Shown here: piece after piece, positions 39,395 to 49,392 of the stretch
Position numbering within the stretch: position 1 is the first letter of the stretch
Layout of the letters: the number at the start of each line of letters is the position of its first letter
Translations under genes and position numbers: made by a program
From: Desulfosudaceae bacterium
GTDB lineage: Bacteria > Desulfobacterota > Desulfobacteria > Desulfobacterales > Desulfosudaceae
Reading direction: 5' to 3'
Assembly (NCBI GenBank): GCA_963674745.2
Contig: CAXXDV010000003.1
Coordinates: forward strand, 1,504,001-1,568,000
Length of the DNA: 64,000 bases
Notes under the pieces: generated by a model
Database searches by the model: none
What the model saw: only the letters and a program-made list of their open reading frames with translations
Told to the model about the DNA's origin: nothing

Positions 39395-39994
39395 ATGGCG
39401 GAACGCCGACACCATTACATTGGCTTGCTGCTGCTGGCATTGCTGGCAGCCTTAGTGACCACCTTTTGTGACGCTATTCATGTTCACACAGGCACACTGG
39501 TATATCCCGATCCCTGGCTGTTCAATCAGTCCTTCTGGGTATTCCCTTCGTTTTTTATAAGCTTTCTCGTCATGGCCGCGGCCTATTTCCTGGTCGCAAA
39601 AACACTTCCGGATGCCATCAGCCATGAGCAGTCAACCGCGCCCGGTAGTTTTCAGGCCTGTATCGAAACATCAACATGCTTCGTAATGGTATTTCTGCTC
39701 AGCGGCTTCGGCAGCCGTGAACCCATACTGCTGGCAGTAGTCTTTTACGTCTCTTTTTTCCTGCGCCTGGCTTTTACTTACGATAAACGGTTCTTTTTCG
39801 GTCTGGCGCTGGTGCTGGCGGCAGCGGGCATATTCGGCGAAGGCACCCTGGCTGTTTTTGACATGGTACAGTACCGTCACTCCGAGTACCGTATGCCTGA
39901 AGTTTACAACGTTCCCTGGTGGCTGGGGGGGGTATACATGCACGGGGCATTTGCCTTAAGAGAAGCCATGCGCTTTTTTGTCTACAAGGAATAA
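39395..39994 (+). CDS. Integral membrane protein
   Basis: RBS AGGAGG; several TM helices; 'VPWWL..VY'. Confidence 0.7.
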   Translation: MAERRHHYIGLLLLALLAALVTTFCDAIHVHTGTLVYPDPWLFNQSFWVFPSFFISFLVMAAAYFLVAKTLPDAISHEQSTAPGSFQACIETSTCFVMVFLLSGFGSREPILLAVVFYVSFFLRLAFTYDKRFFFGLALVLAAAGIFGEGTLAVFDMVQYRHSEYRMPEVYNVPWWLGGVYMHGAFALREAMRFFVYKE

Positions 39995-40049
39995 TTGCGC
40001 CCATGATCTGGTTTCTTCTCTGAGGTGCAATTCCGCAATTCCGGGAACG

Positions 40050-40511
40050 TCACATCTTTTTTACAAGTTCTATCCCTTTATCTGTAATCTTTATTTTCTT
40101 TTGTCTATATAGTATGCCGATTGCCCGCTTAAACACCTTTTTACTTACCTGAAACTCCTTTTTTATAGCTTCGGGGGAACTTTTATCGTTAAGCCGGCTT
40201 TTGCCACCGGCGGCCTTAAGGTGCGCCAGGATTTTGTCAGTGGTTGTAAGCGCATGGCTGCCTTTTTTCGGCTGCAGAGATACATCTATCTTTCCATCTT
40301 CTCTAACCAGTTTTATGTATGCTTTGATTTTCTGGCCTTTCTGGTAATCACCATAAACCTGATTTCCATAAACCAGCCCCGTATACGCATCATTGATGGC
40401 TACTTTTATCCCCAGATCGGTAAAGGCTATTATCTCGACATCCACTTGCTGCCATTGGGCAAACACGCCCGGCTCCACTGTTTCTTTTAAATGCTCATAA
40501 TTATTTTTCAT
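40050..40511 (-). CDS. Short CvfB-like protein (S1 domain + C-terminal winged helix)
   Basis: 'YIKLVREDGKIDVSL', 'DKSSPEAIKKEFQVSKKVFKRAIG.LY'. Confidence 0.8.
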   Translation of the reverse strand: MKNNYEHLKETVEPGVFAQWQQVDVEIIAFTDLGIKVAINDAYTGLVYGNQVYGDYQKGQKIKAYIKLVREDGKIDVSLQPKKGSHALTTTDKILAHLKAAGGKSRLNDKSSPEAIKKEFQVSKKVFKRAIGILYRQKKIKITDKGIELVKKM

Positions 40512-40549
40512 TTTTCTACCTTAAACGAATGTCCGAAAATTCCGGGAAC

Positions 40550-40748
40550 AGTACATCTCGATGTATTCAAATACCCCAGCATGTGCTTCATCAACCGTTC
40601 TGTAATTCCCTGCGTAAATGAGCTTTACTTTAAACCGGCTGAAGAAGGATTCCATCACCGCATTATCCCAACAGTTCCCCGTTCAACTCATACTACAATG
40701 AATACCGTTTGCTTTCAACGCCTCCTGGTATTCATAACCGCGATATGG
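40550..40748 (-). pseudogene. IS3-family transposase (integrase core) fragment with an in-frame stop
   Basis: Manual translation 'YQEALKANGIHCSMS*TGNCWDNAVMESFFSRFKVKLIY...RTVDEAHAGVFEYIEMY'; ends at a family A repeat (40537-40558). Confidence 0.85.
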
Positions 40749-40896
40749 TTAAAAAACCTTGTATTGGCTATCAAATCAGATTATGAAGTCCTGAAAGTCT
40801 CCATGGGGCTTTTGCGCGGAAAAATTCTCATTTCTGAATTGGAAACGATCATAATGATGGGCACGGATTAACACTAAAAACGACAAGGAGCACACC

Positions 40897-41385
40897 ATGA
40901 GCGAATGTCCCTGCGGATCGAACCAGCCTTATTCCCGGTGTTGTGAGCCGTTGCATAAAGGCGCCCCGGCGCTTACCGCAGAACAGCTGATGCGCTCGCG
41001 CTATTCGGCCTATGTGAAGGTTGAGCTTGATTATCTTGAGGAGACCATCCATCCGCAAGAACGCGCGGGTTATAACGCTGACAGTGCGCGGGTTTGGGCT
41101 GAGCAATCGGCCTGGGACCGCCTGGAAATCCTTGAAACCACCGGCGGGGGACAGGATGATCAGACCGGTGAAGTTGAATTTATTGCGCATTACGCTGATG
41201 CCAAAGGGCGCAAATCAATGCATCATGAACGCGCCCGCTTTGAAAAAGATAACGGCCGCTGGTATTTCAAAGACGGGAATGTGGTCAATCAGCAAACCAT
41301 CAGAAGGGACGCTCCCAAGGTCGGACGAAACGCCCCCTGCCCTTGCGGCAGCGGAAAAAAGTTTAAAAAGTGCTGCGGTGCCTGA
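40897..41385 (+). CDS. YchJ-family SEC-C motif protein
   Basis: 'CPCGS...CC', '[13 protein letters not shown]', '[18 protein letters not shown]'. Confidence 0.92.
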   Translation: MSECPCGSNQPYSRCCEPLHKGAPALTAEQLMRSRYSAYVKVELDYLEETIHPQERAGYNADSARVWAEQSAWDRLEILETTGGGQDDQTGEVEFIAHYADAKGRKSMHHERARFEKDNGRWYFKDGNVVNQQTIRRDAPKVGRNAPCPCGSGKKFKKCCGA

Positions 41386-41411
41386 TGCGGCTAAGGAGCG
41401 TCCTCGACCGG

Positions 41412-41507
41412 GATCGGGCCTAACTAACGGTCTGATCTAAAACAAGACACACCTCAAAATCACCGAAAAATAAGGCTTAGAATGCCCTTTTGTGTCTCAA
41501 AAAGCAG
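41412..41507 (+). repeat. Family E dispersed repeat
   Basis: Aligns over ~70 bp with 13731-13799 and, inverted, with 847-897. Confidence 0.7.
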
Positions 41508-41546
41508 GTTTTAGAGCTTTAAGGTGTTAGGTGGTCAGAAATGGGG

Positions 41547-42260
41547 TCAATCTTTCTGAATGCCGGATCGGGGTCCGGCATGACGAGGAAGCTGATCCCC
41601 CGGTTTAACCGGCTCTCCCATGAGTAGGCGGTTTTTCGGGGTGATGGCATGGGGAATGGCCGCGGTGTAAACCTGATACCCGGCATCCCTGAGCTTAAGG
41701 GCCCTGACCGCGTCAACTGCCAGATCCGAAGCCATCCACGAAGACAGCCCGCCGGTATCGCAGGTTTTCAGGTCATGGCAGCAAGGCAGAACCCCTACCC
41801 TGGCCCGCGCCGACACAGCCCGGGCCAGAACAACATCTGTCAGGCTGCCGCAGGCATGGGCAGAAACCACCAAATCGCCGGGCAGAAGTTCAATCTCCTT
41901 TATGTCCCGGGGTTCGAAACAGACACGGTCCCGGAGAAACGGCCAGGTTTCCGACATGGCGGCAAGCAGTGTTTCCGCACTTTTTGGGATGCGGGTATCC
42001 ACGGCCAGGGCCAAAGGTGACGTCCGGTCCAGAATGAGCATGATCTGGGCCAGGAGCCCGTGGCCGCAGGCCAGGTCCACCACCCGGCCGCCCCTGAACC
42101 GCCGCCTGACCCGTCGGGCCGTTTCCCAGGCCTCATACAACTCTTTTCTGGGCAGGAACCCGGCACAACAGACCGCCCTGGCAATCCGGTGGAACAGCGT
42201 GTCTTCCGGAAACAGGTCCTGGTGTATGGGCATGAGCCGGTTTTTGCTGGGCAGTTTCAC
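41547..42260 (-). CDS. SAM-dependent methyltransferase
   Basis: 'VVDLACGHG', 'HACGSLTD', 'LPCCH', 'ITPKNRLL'. Confidence 0.85.
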   Translation of the reverse strand: MKLPSKNRLMPIHQDLFPEDTLFHRIARAVCCAGFLPRKELYEAWETARRVRRRFRGGRVVDLACGHGLLAQIMLILDRTSPLALAVDTRIPKSAETLLAAMSETWPFLRDRVCFEPRDIKEIELLPGDLVVSAHACGSLTDVVLARAVSARARVGVLPCCHDLKTCDTGGLSSWMASDLAVDAVRALKLRDAGYQVYTAAIPHAITPKNRLLMGEPVKPGDQLPRHAGPRSGIQKD

Positions 42261-42370
42261 TGGGATTCCGGCTTAACGTGTTTGACCCGGCCCACAATGC
42301 CTGATTCCAGCCGCACCTTGATGCCGTGGGGGTGAAAGGAGGTAGTATTTTTTCGGTTTGTTCCGTCCAT
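42257..42370 (-). pseudogene. YwbE (DUF2196)-family gene with an in-frame internal deletion
   Basis: Manual translation MDGTNRKN|TTSFHPHGIKVRLESGIVGRVKHVKPESQ*; GTGA overlap with the methyltransferase. Confidence 0.75.
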
Positions 42371-42752
42371 GGGGTTAATTTAGGACTTTATACTCTAAAA
42401 GTCATGCTTTTATTCGGGTCGGCTCGGACCGGGCAAATATGATTTAGGTTTTAGGTTTTAGGTGGTTAGGAATGAGGTCAATTTTTCTGGGTTCCGGGTT
42501 CCCAGAATTAAGTTCGTTTGGGTGTTTTTGATTTTGTTATATATAACTGGATGGCTGGCATTATTATTTATAATAACGTACATTCCCATATTTAATTGCA
42601 TTGACCTTTCGTAAAAAAAATGTTTAAAAAAAGCTTAAAAATGATTATAAATATTTATTTCATACTACAGCCGAATTTGGGGTGACCGGAACTTGGTAAG
42701 CAGCGGGTTTTTAAATAAGACAGCCGGGTTACCATGAAAAACGAAAATTATT

Positions 42753-42788
42753 ACCGGATTGCCTTTAAATAAACAGTCCGGTTTTTTT
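42753..42788 (+). terminator. Leader terminator/attenuator upstream of the 42837 gene
   Basis: ACCGGATTG-12 nt loop-CAGTCCGGT plus a T run, ~50 nt before the ATG. Confidence 0.55.
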
Positions 42789-42836
42789 ATGCTGATAAGC
42801 ACCTTAATCTCAGGGGAATGAGGGGGGATAGCAACA

Positions 42837-44933
42837 ATGCAATACAGTAGAAAACTTTTTTCCGCGTTACGTATTACCTGCCTGTTAACGATCTTCGTTT
42901 TCGGCCTGCTGTCGATAATCGGTACCGGTGGTGGAGGTGGCGGTGGCAGTCAACCGGACTATTTTCATGACAATGATGGCGATGGCTATGGTGATCCTAA
43001 TGACGCCGGCTTTTTTTCCTATCAACCTCAGGATTATGTCACTGACAACACGGATTGTAATGACAACGATCCAGCCATAAATCCCGGCGCCCCGGAAATC
43101 TGTAGTGACAAAATAGATAATGACTGCGACGGGTTAATAGATGTGAACTGCGTAAGCTGTACCGATGCGGATGCTGACGGCTACTATGCCGAAAGCGGGT
43201 GTAAAACGGACATTGACTGCAATGATAACAACGCGGCCATAAACCCCGGAGCGGCGGAAATCTGCGCCGACGGGATAGACAATGACTGTAATAATGATAT
43301 TGATGAAGATTGCGTTGATTACTATCAGGACATGGATGGTGACAGTTACGGCAACCCTGCCGGAAAAATCTCCGCTGTTTCTCAACCCACAGGTTATGTC
43401 CTTAATGATACGGATTGTAATGATACGAACGCCGGTATCCACCCCGGTGCGACTGAAGTATGCGACGAGAAGGACAACAATTGCGACGGCATCACAGACG
43501 AAGGTTGTTTCGCGTTTTTTCAGGATGCCGACGGAGATTCTTTCGGCAATCCCCTTGAAAAAATTCTGGCTGCATCTGCGCCAGTCGGATACGTGGATGA
43601 CGATTCAGACTGTGATGACACAAGAACTTATATTAATCCTGCTGCCGCCGAAATCTGTGATGGTATGGACAACAACTGCAACGGTGTCACTGACGAAGGA
43701 TGTAGCAGAAATTTTTACGAAGATGCCGACGGAGACATTTACGGCAATCCGGCAGTTGCTGTCGTGGCGATTTTCGCGCCTCCGGGTTATGTAACCGACA
43801 ATACGGATTGTGATGATACGGATCCCGATATCAATCCCGGCGCCACTGAAATACGGGATGGCGCGGACAATGATTGCGACGGCCTGACTGATGAAGGTCT
43901 TTTTATCCCTGATACAGGCCAGACCAACTGCTATGACGCGGCCGGAACCGTTATCCCCTGCCCTGCTGAAGGAAACGCCTTTTACGGCCAGGACGCCAGT
44001 TATGACATTCATCCGCCTTCATATACAAAACTTGATGCCAACGGTAACGATCTGCCGGCCGGAGCCGCAAACTGGGCCATGGTTCGGGACAACGTCACCG
44101 ACCTGATCTGGGAAGTCAAGACCGACAAAGACGGATTCTTGGATTATAACAACCCTCATGACGCTGATAATACCTATACCTGGTATGATGGATCTACAGG
44201 CACACCTGGGGCCGGAACGGACACAGAAGACTTTATCAATGATTTAAACAACGCCGGTTTCGGCGGGTATTCCGACTGGCGCATGCCGACTCTAAAGGAG
44301 TTGTATTATCTAACAAATCTAAGTAGTGCACCGGCGACTATAAACACCGATTATTTTCCGAACACCATGACCGTTTTGATAAATCCGAGTGTATACTACT
44401 GGTCATCCACTTCTACGACCAATCCTGATATTGCCAGGCTTGTCGATTTTTCCTTTGGCTTGCCAGGATCTTATAATAAGCTTAATGACTGGTATGTACG
44501 TGCAGTTCGTGGGCAACAACACGTCCCCTCATTTACGGATAACGGTGATGGAACAATCACCGATAATGTCACCGGCCTGATGTGGGCCAAGGCAACAGCG
44601 GACACCAATGCGGACTTATTCCTTGATTCAAATGACCAGGTACTCTGGGAAACAGCCCTTTCCTGGTGTGCAGGGTTTTCCCTGGCAGGGTATGATGACT
44701 GGCGCTTGCCGAATGCGCACGAATTCATATCAATTGTGGATTATTCAACCATCGCCCCGGCCATAGATACCACTTATTTCCCGGATACGTTAGGGTTCTA
44801 TTATTGGTCCTCGAGTACGCTGGCCGACAATTCGAGTACCGCATTTGATGTGCATTTTCGCACTGGGGTTTACGCTAATGGTCCAAAACAATACGGTTAT
44901 TACTTTGTCCGACCAGTGCGTGGGGGGCAATAA
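42837..44933 (+). CDS. Surface protein with MopE-like putative metal-binding repeats and two DUF1566 (Lcl) domains
   Basis: Repeated 'DxDGDxYG...DCxD....INPGAxEICD.xDNxCxG..DE'; 'DNVTxLxW', 'WRxPxxxE', 'YYWSS', 'VRxVRG'. Confidence 0.88.
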   Translation: MQYSRKLFSALRITCLLTIFVFGLLSIIGTGGGGGGGSQPDYFHDNDGDGYGDPNDAGFFSYQPQDYVTDNTDCNDNDPAINPGAPEICSDKIDNDCDGLIDVNCVSCTDADADGYYAESGCKTDIDCNDNNAAINPGAAEICADGIDNDCNNDIDEDCVDYYQDMDGDSYGNPAGKISAVSQPTGYVLNDTDCNDTNAGIHPGATEVCDEKDNNCDGITDEGCFAFFQDADGDSFGNPLEKILAASAPVGYVDDDSDCDDTRTYINPAAAEICDGMDNNCNGVTDEGCSRNFYEDADGDIYGNPAVAVVAIFAPPGYVTDNTDCDDTDPDINPGATEIRDGADNDCDGLTDEGLFIPDTGQTNCYDAAGTVIPCPAEGNAFYGQDASYDIHPPSYTKLDANGNDLPAGAANWAMVRDNVTDLIWEVKTDKDGFLDYNNPHDADNTYTWYDGSTGTPGAGTDTEDFINDLNNAGFGGYSDWRMPTLKELYYLTNLSSAPATINTDYFPNTMTVLINPSVYYWSSTSTTNPDIARLVDFSFGLPGSYNKLNDWYVRAVRGQQHVPSFTDNGDGTITDNVTGLMWAKATADTNADLFLDSNDQVLWETALSWCAGFSLAGYDDWRLPNAHEFISIVDYSTIAPAIDTTYFPDTLGFYYWSSSTLADNSSTAFDVHFRTGVYANGPKQYGYYFVRPVRGGQ

Positions 44934-44944
44934 TCATCGCCAGT

Positions 44945-45008
44945 ATTCCGGGGATAGTATATCTATTTCATATGCAACATGACTGAAATAGATATACTGT
45001 CTCCGAAT
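44945..45008. repeat. Family A REP-like doublet between convergent genes
   Basis: Near-identical to 2335-2400 including the spacer. Confidence 0.8.
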
Positions 45009-45607
45009 TAGCGCTTCATAAAATATTGTATAAACGGTTCCTGGAACGCCTTGAACAGCTTTTCTATTTCGATATCATCTTTATCAAGGATTAAGGATAA
45101 AAGAGAAATACCTTCTGAAAAGGCGACCAGTCCGGCGCTGATGTGAGGCACTGAATCTTCATCCTTGAAGGTTTGGGTAAGAATCATTTGAATCGTTCCG
45201 ATCCACTCGGAATAGGCTTTCCGGAGTTTCTTTTTTATTTTGGGGTTGTATATCGCCATTTCCTGAAACTCGAGAAATATTTTTGAAAGGTCACGGTTTG
45301 AAGTGATGCGATGGTAGGCGAAATCAAGGCAGGCGCGCATCATATCCTCGGGGTCCTTAAATTCAGGTGTTTTTGAAACCATCCAATTTTCAAAATCAGT
45401 CTTGTAGTGGTCGATGACAAATTCGATATAGTTGAGGAGTATGTCTTCTTTACTTTTATAATAGTAATGCAGCATACCGTGATTGATCCCGGCTACAGCA
45501 GCAATATCTTTAATCGAGGTCTGATTAAACGGTTTTTTTAATAAACACCTGGTCAGTGCATCCATGACCTGTCGACGTCTTTTTTCCTGTATCGGAGTGT
45601 GTGCCAT
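45008..45607 (-). CDS. TetR/AcrR-family transcriptional regulator
   Basis: 'TSIKDIAAVAGINHGMLHYYYKSKEDIL'; divergent from the ald cluster. Confidence 0.92.
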   Translation of the reverse strand: MAHTPIQEKRRRQVMDALTRCLLKKPFNQTSIKDIAAVAGINHGMLHYYYKSKEDILLNYIEFVIDHYKTDFENWMVSKTPEFKDPEDMMRACLDFAYHRITSNRDLSKIFLEFQEMAIYNPKIKKKLRKAYSEWIGTIQMILTQTFKDEDSVPHISAGLVAFSEGISLLSLILDKDDIEIEKLFKAFQEPFIQYFMKR

Positions 45608-45677
45608 ATTTTGAGTCCTTCCTTTCATTCCATACGAAGACTATATCATCATTAAAAATTATAATTCCAGAAAAAAA

Positions 45678-45719
45678 TTAGTTGACAGACTAATTTTTTA
45701 ATGTTAGTCAACTAACTAA
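45678..45719. promoter_or_regulatory. Two TTAGT-N6-ACTAA operator palindromes overlapping a TTGACA -35 box
   Basis: 45678-45693 and 45704-45719, between divergent tetR and ald. Confidence 0.65.
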
Positions 45720-45774
45720 GAAACACAAAAGCCCTTTTACCAGGGTTTTGAGAATCCATATGATGCGGTGAAGA

Positions 45775-46890
45775 ATGAGAGTCGGCATACCAAAAGAGAT
45801 CAAAAAGCTGGAAAAGCGGGTGGCGGTTACACCGGCAGGCGTTGAGACGTTTATCGCCAGAGGCCATAAAGTTTTTGTGGAAACAGGTGCGGGGGCGGGC
45901 CTGGGAACTTCAGATGAGGATTTTCAGCAGGCAGGAGCGGAAATATTATCGACAGCCGATGATGTCTGGCATGAGGCTGAGATGATTATCAAGGTAAAGG
46001 AGCCGGTTGAACCTGAGTTTGACAGGATGAAGCCCGGCCAGATCCTTTTTACCTATCTTCACCTTGCAGCCGATTCAGAACTCACCCGTAAGTTGCTGGA
46101 AAAAGAAGTGACCGGCATTGCCTATGAAACCGTTCAGTTAAATGACGGCAGCCTGCCACTGCTTGCGCCCATGAGTGAAGTGGCCGGACGCCTGGCCGTA
46201 CAGATGGGATGTTTCTGTTTAGAGTCCAAAAATGGCGGTAAGGGGCTTCTTCTTTCCGGCGTTCCCGGGGTTCCTCCCGCAGAAGTAACCATTATCGGCG
46301 GTGGCATCTCCGGGTTGAATGCCGCGCATTTAGCCGTCGGCATGGGAGCCAGGGTTACGATTCTGGATATTAACATGAACCGTCTGCGTTATATCGAAGA
46401 TATTTTCCATTCCCGGATCGTCACCAGAATGTCCAATACCCGTAATCTTGAAGAAAGTGTTTCTACCGCGGATCTGGTTATCGGGTCGGTTCTCATCCCG
46501 GGTGCCAAAGCACCGAAGCTGATCAACCGTGAGATGCTTTCGGGTATGAAAAACGGGGCGGCATTTGTGGATATCGCTATCGATCAAGGCGGCTGCGCAT
46601 CTACCAGCAGGCCGACAACCCATGACAACCCGACCTTTGTGGAAGAAGGCGTTGTGCATTACTGCGTGACCAATATGCCGGGGGCGGTACCGATGACGTC
46701 TACATATGCCCTGACAAACGTTACCCTGCCTTATGCATTGGCGTTGGCGGACAAAGGGTGTACACTTGCGCTTGAAGAGGATGAATCATTAGCCAAAGGG
46801 CTCAATGTCTATCACGGGCAGCTTGTGAACGAGAAGGTCGCGGAATCACTTGAAATGGATTGCTGTCACGCCCCCGTCTTATACAATTAA
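45775..46890 (+). CDS. ald: Alanine dehydrogenase
   Basis: 'GIPKEIK..EKRV', '[10 protein letters not shown]', '[12 protein letters not shown]', 'DIAIDQGGC', '[12 protein letters not shown]'. Confidence 0.95.
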   Translation: MRVGIPKEIKKLEKRVAVTPAGVETFIARGHKVFVETGAGAGLGTSDEDFQQAGAEILSTADDVWHEAEMIIKVKEPVEPEFDRMKPGQILFTYLHLAADSELTRKLLEKEVTGIAYETVQLNDGSLPLLAPMSEVAGRLAVQMGCFCLESKNGGKGLLLSGVPGVPPAEVTIIGGGISGLNAAHLAVGMGARVTILDINMNRLRYIEDIFHSRIVTRMSNTRNLEESVSTADLVIGSVLIPGAKAPKLINREMLSGMKNGAAFVDIAIDQGGCASTSRPTTHDNPTFVEEGVVHYCVTNMPGAVPMTSTYALTNVTLPYALALADKGCTLALEEDESLAKGLNVYHGQLVNEKVAESLEMDCCHAPVLYN

Positions 46891-46908
46891 ACCAGAAAAG
46901 GAGGAAAC

Positions 46909-47826
46909 ATGCCCCCCATTATAGATGCCCATTCTCATATCGGTGATATCCTGTATCCGAACGGCGGCAGGCTTATCGAGCAAAAAGGGGTCCGGAAAAA
47001 GCTGATATTCGATCCCATCACCCTATCGCAGATGGGCTTGAACCGTGATTATGGATTGGGGAACCTGCCTTACAGAATATTCTTACATTGGATTATCCGG
47101 GCCGAACAGGAACGAAATTTTACGGCAACACGGGAGAATGCCCGTAAATCGATGGATAAAAACGGGGTGACGGCTACCTGTTGCATGCCGATTCCGCCCT
47201 ATGTTGTTTTTTCTGACGTTAAAGCGGCGGCAGAAAAAGATCCGGGGCTGATTCCGTTCACAGGGGTTGATTTTTCCGATACATCACACTTGGACGAGCA
47301 GTTTAAAGCCGAAGTGGCGGCAGGCGCAAAAGGCCTGAAACTTCATCCCATCATTCAAAAGATATCGTTTTCCGATGAGCGGCTGATAAAAGCGGTCCGG
47401 GCATTCATGCCGTTTGATCTGCCCATACTGTTTCATGCCGGCGTTTCCAGCTACTATGTAGGCAGCGAGAAAGGAAAAAATATTCCGGAAAATGGCGGTA
47501 TTAAAGAAGCCGAGGAACTGGTTTCCGCCTTTCCGGAAGCAAAATTTATTGTGGGACATGCCGGCATGTTTGACGTCAAAGACGTCATGCAGATGTTGGG
47601 TGGATACCAGAATGTATGGGTGGATACGTCCCTGCAGTCGCCCGGAAAGATACGGAAGTTAATTGATGTGTTCGGGGAGGATAAAGTCCTTTATGCGTCG
47701 GACTGGCCCTACGGGAGCCGAAAACCGGCCATCAAGGCGGTAAAAGCCGCCTGCAAAGGCAATGCGCGACTGGAAAGAAAACTTTTTTATGAAAATGCAT
47801 GCAGCCTGATGAAGATAGAACCATAG
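46909..47826 (+). CDS. Amidohydrolase-family protein (amidohydro_2)
   Basis: 'IIDAHSH', 'GLKLHP', 'LFHAG', 'VGHAG', 'YASDWP'. Confidence 0.88.
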   Translation: MPPIIDAHSHIGDILYPNGGRLIEQKGVRKKLIFDPITLSQMGLNRDYGLGNLPYRIFLHWIIRAEQERNFTATRENARKSMDKNGVTATCCMPIPPYVVFSDVKAAAEKDPGLIPFTGVDFSDTSHLDEQFKAEVAAGAKGLKLHPIIQKISFSDERLIKAVRAFMPFDLPILFHAGVSSYYVGSEKGKNIPENGGIKEAEELVSAFPEAKFIVGHAGMFDVKDVMQMLGGYQNVWVDTSLQSPGKIRKLIDVFGEDKVLYASDWPYGSRKPAIKAVKAACKGNARLERKLFYENACSLMKIEP

Positions 47827-47833
47827 CGATTTA

Positions 47834-47894
47834 TGTAGGGGCACCCCCCTGTGGGTGCCCTTTAATCGGGCGGCCACAGGGGGCCGCCCCTACA
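47834..47894. repeat. GTAG-type REP doublet (family C)
   Basis: TGTAGGGGCACCCCCCTGTGGGTGCCC...GGGCGGCCACAGGGGGCCGCCCCTACA. Confidence 0.8.
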
Positions 47895-47980
47895 TTATCT
47901 GCGAGTATGCTGCAACAAAGTATATGCGGTAAAATCGGCTCATGAAATATAAAACATACAACGAGCGAGGAGAAACCATC

Positions 47981-49363
47981 ATGAATCAAACAAGCCGGAA
48001 AACCATATCCCGGAAAGAACGGGATCAGATTTTCGATGCCTTTGGCAAACACATTTCCAAGGGGCAGATCCGTTATCTGACAGCAGGTCACCTGGATATC
48101 CTGGAAGGAGAGCGAGACGGCTTCCGGTTTTATGAAGGCCAAACCGGCAAAAGCTATATCGACGGGTTTTCATCAGCCGGGTGTTTCAATGTCGGGCGCC
48201 GTAATCCGCAGATTATCCAAAAACTGGAAGCGGCTGTGGATGAGTATGATATGGGCACCTATGGCATGCTGTCCGCGCCGAAAATCAAGCTGGCCAAACT
48301 GCTGGCAGACGTGGCCCCGGGTGACTTAAACCGGGTTCTGCTGTGCGGAACCGGCGCTGACGTGGTTGAAGGCGCATTAAAACTGGCCAGGGCCGCCACC
48401 GGGCGCAATGAAATTGTAGCCATGCTCAAGGCCTACCACGGCCATTCCGGGATGAGCCTGTCGGCCAACGGCAAAGACTATTACAAAGAACTGTTCGTGC
48501 CGTTAATGCCGGGTTTTTCCTTTGCCCCCTTTGGTGATCTTGAGGCGATCCGTCAAATGGTGTCCGAACGCACCGCAGCCATCATACTGGAGCCGATTCA
48601 AGGGGAGGGCGGCATACACGTGGGAACGGACGAATACCTCAAGGGGCTTCGTGAAATCTGCGACCAGTACGGAATCATGCTCATATTTGATGAAATCCAG
48701 ACCGGTTTCGGCAGATCCGGCAAACTCTGGGCGTCCGAACATTCCGGTGTGGTACCGGACATGATGCTTCTGGCCAAATCAATCGGCGGTGGGGTGTACC
48801 CCAACGCCGCGATTCTTTATCGCGACCGCAGCGAGCTCACCGACTATGTCGACCGTAACCCCGAGTTTCATCTGTCCATGGGCGGCGGCTCTGATCTGGG
48901 CTGTATTGTGTCCACTGCCGTTATTGAATATATCGTTGAGAATAAAGTCTGGGAAAATGTCGAGAAGATGGGCAACCGGCTGCTGGACGGGCTCCGCAGT
49001 ATTCAGAAGGAAAATCCGGGACTGATCCTGGAAGTCCGCGGCCGGGGCATGATGGTCGGGATCGAGTATAAACAGGAATACATGGGCATGCTCATGTCCG
49101 ATTGCCTGGCATCACACGGCATGTTTTCCGCCTATTCCGGCAATGCGCCCCAGGTGATGCGGTTCCAGTTTCCCACAGCCGCAACAGCCGAAGATATTGA
49201 CGAGGCCCTGGAGGTTATTCGCAAAGCCATCAAGCTGAGCAAACTGTATCTGCTGTTCCTGGGCCCGCTTTCCAAAATCCCCTTTGTCCGGGAAGCGATG
49301 AACAAGGGGGATATTCTGGTCACCATTAATAACTTGCTGCGCAAGGCCGCATTCTGGGGATAA
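47981..49363 (+). CDS. Class III PLP aminotransferase
   Basis: 'AYHG', 'EPIQGEGG', 'FDEIQTGFGRSG', catalytic Lys in 'PDMMLLAKSIGGG'; RBS GAGGAG. Confidence 0.92.
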   Translation: MNQTSRKTISRKERDQIFDAFGKHISKGQIRYLTAGHLDILEGERDGFRFYEGQTGKSYIDGFSSAGCFNVGRRNPQIIQKLEAAVDEYDMGTYGMLSAPKIKLAKLLADVAPGDLNRVLLCGTGADVVEGALKLARAATGRNEIVAMLKAYHGHSGMSLSANGKDYYKELFVPLMPGFSFAPFGDLEAIRQMVSERTAAIILEPIQGEGGIHVGTDEYLKGLREICDQYGIMLIFDEIQTGFGRSGKLWASEHSGVVPDMMLLAKSIGGGVYPNAAILYRDRSELTDYVDRNPEFHLSMGGGSDLGCIVSTAVIEYIVENKVWENVEKMGNRLLDGLRSIQKENPGLILEVRGRGMMVGIEYKQEYMGMLMSDCLASHGMFSAYSGNAPQVMRFQFPTAATAEDIDEALEVIRKAIKLSKLYLLFLGPLSKIPFVREAMNKGDILVTINNLLRKAAFWG

Positions 49364-49392
49364 TGAAACAAAAAATTTCAGGAGAATGAAAT

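Noticed and set aside
40670..40700. In-frame TGA as selenocysteine
   Set aside because: The position corresponds to Arg in IS3 transposases, so a CGA-to-TGA nonsense change in a fragment is simpler
40491..40871. 126 aa plus-strand ORF
   Set aside because: Antisense to the IS3 transposase fragment
42443..42470. TTTTAGG tandem micro-repeat
   Set aside because: Only three or four short units, with a similar stretch near 41510-41530; no supportable function
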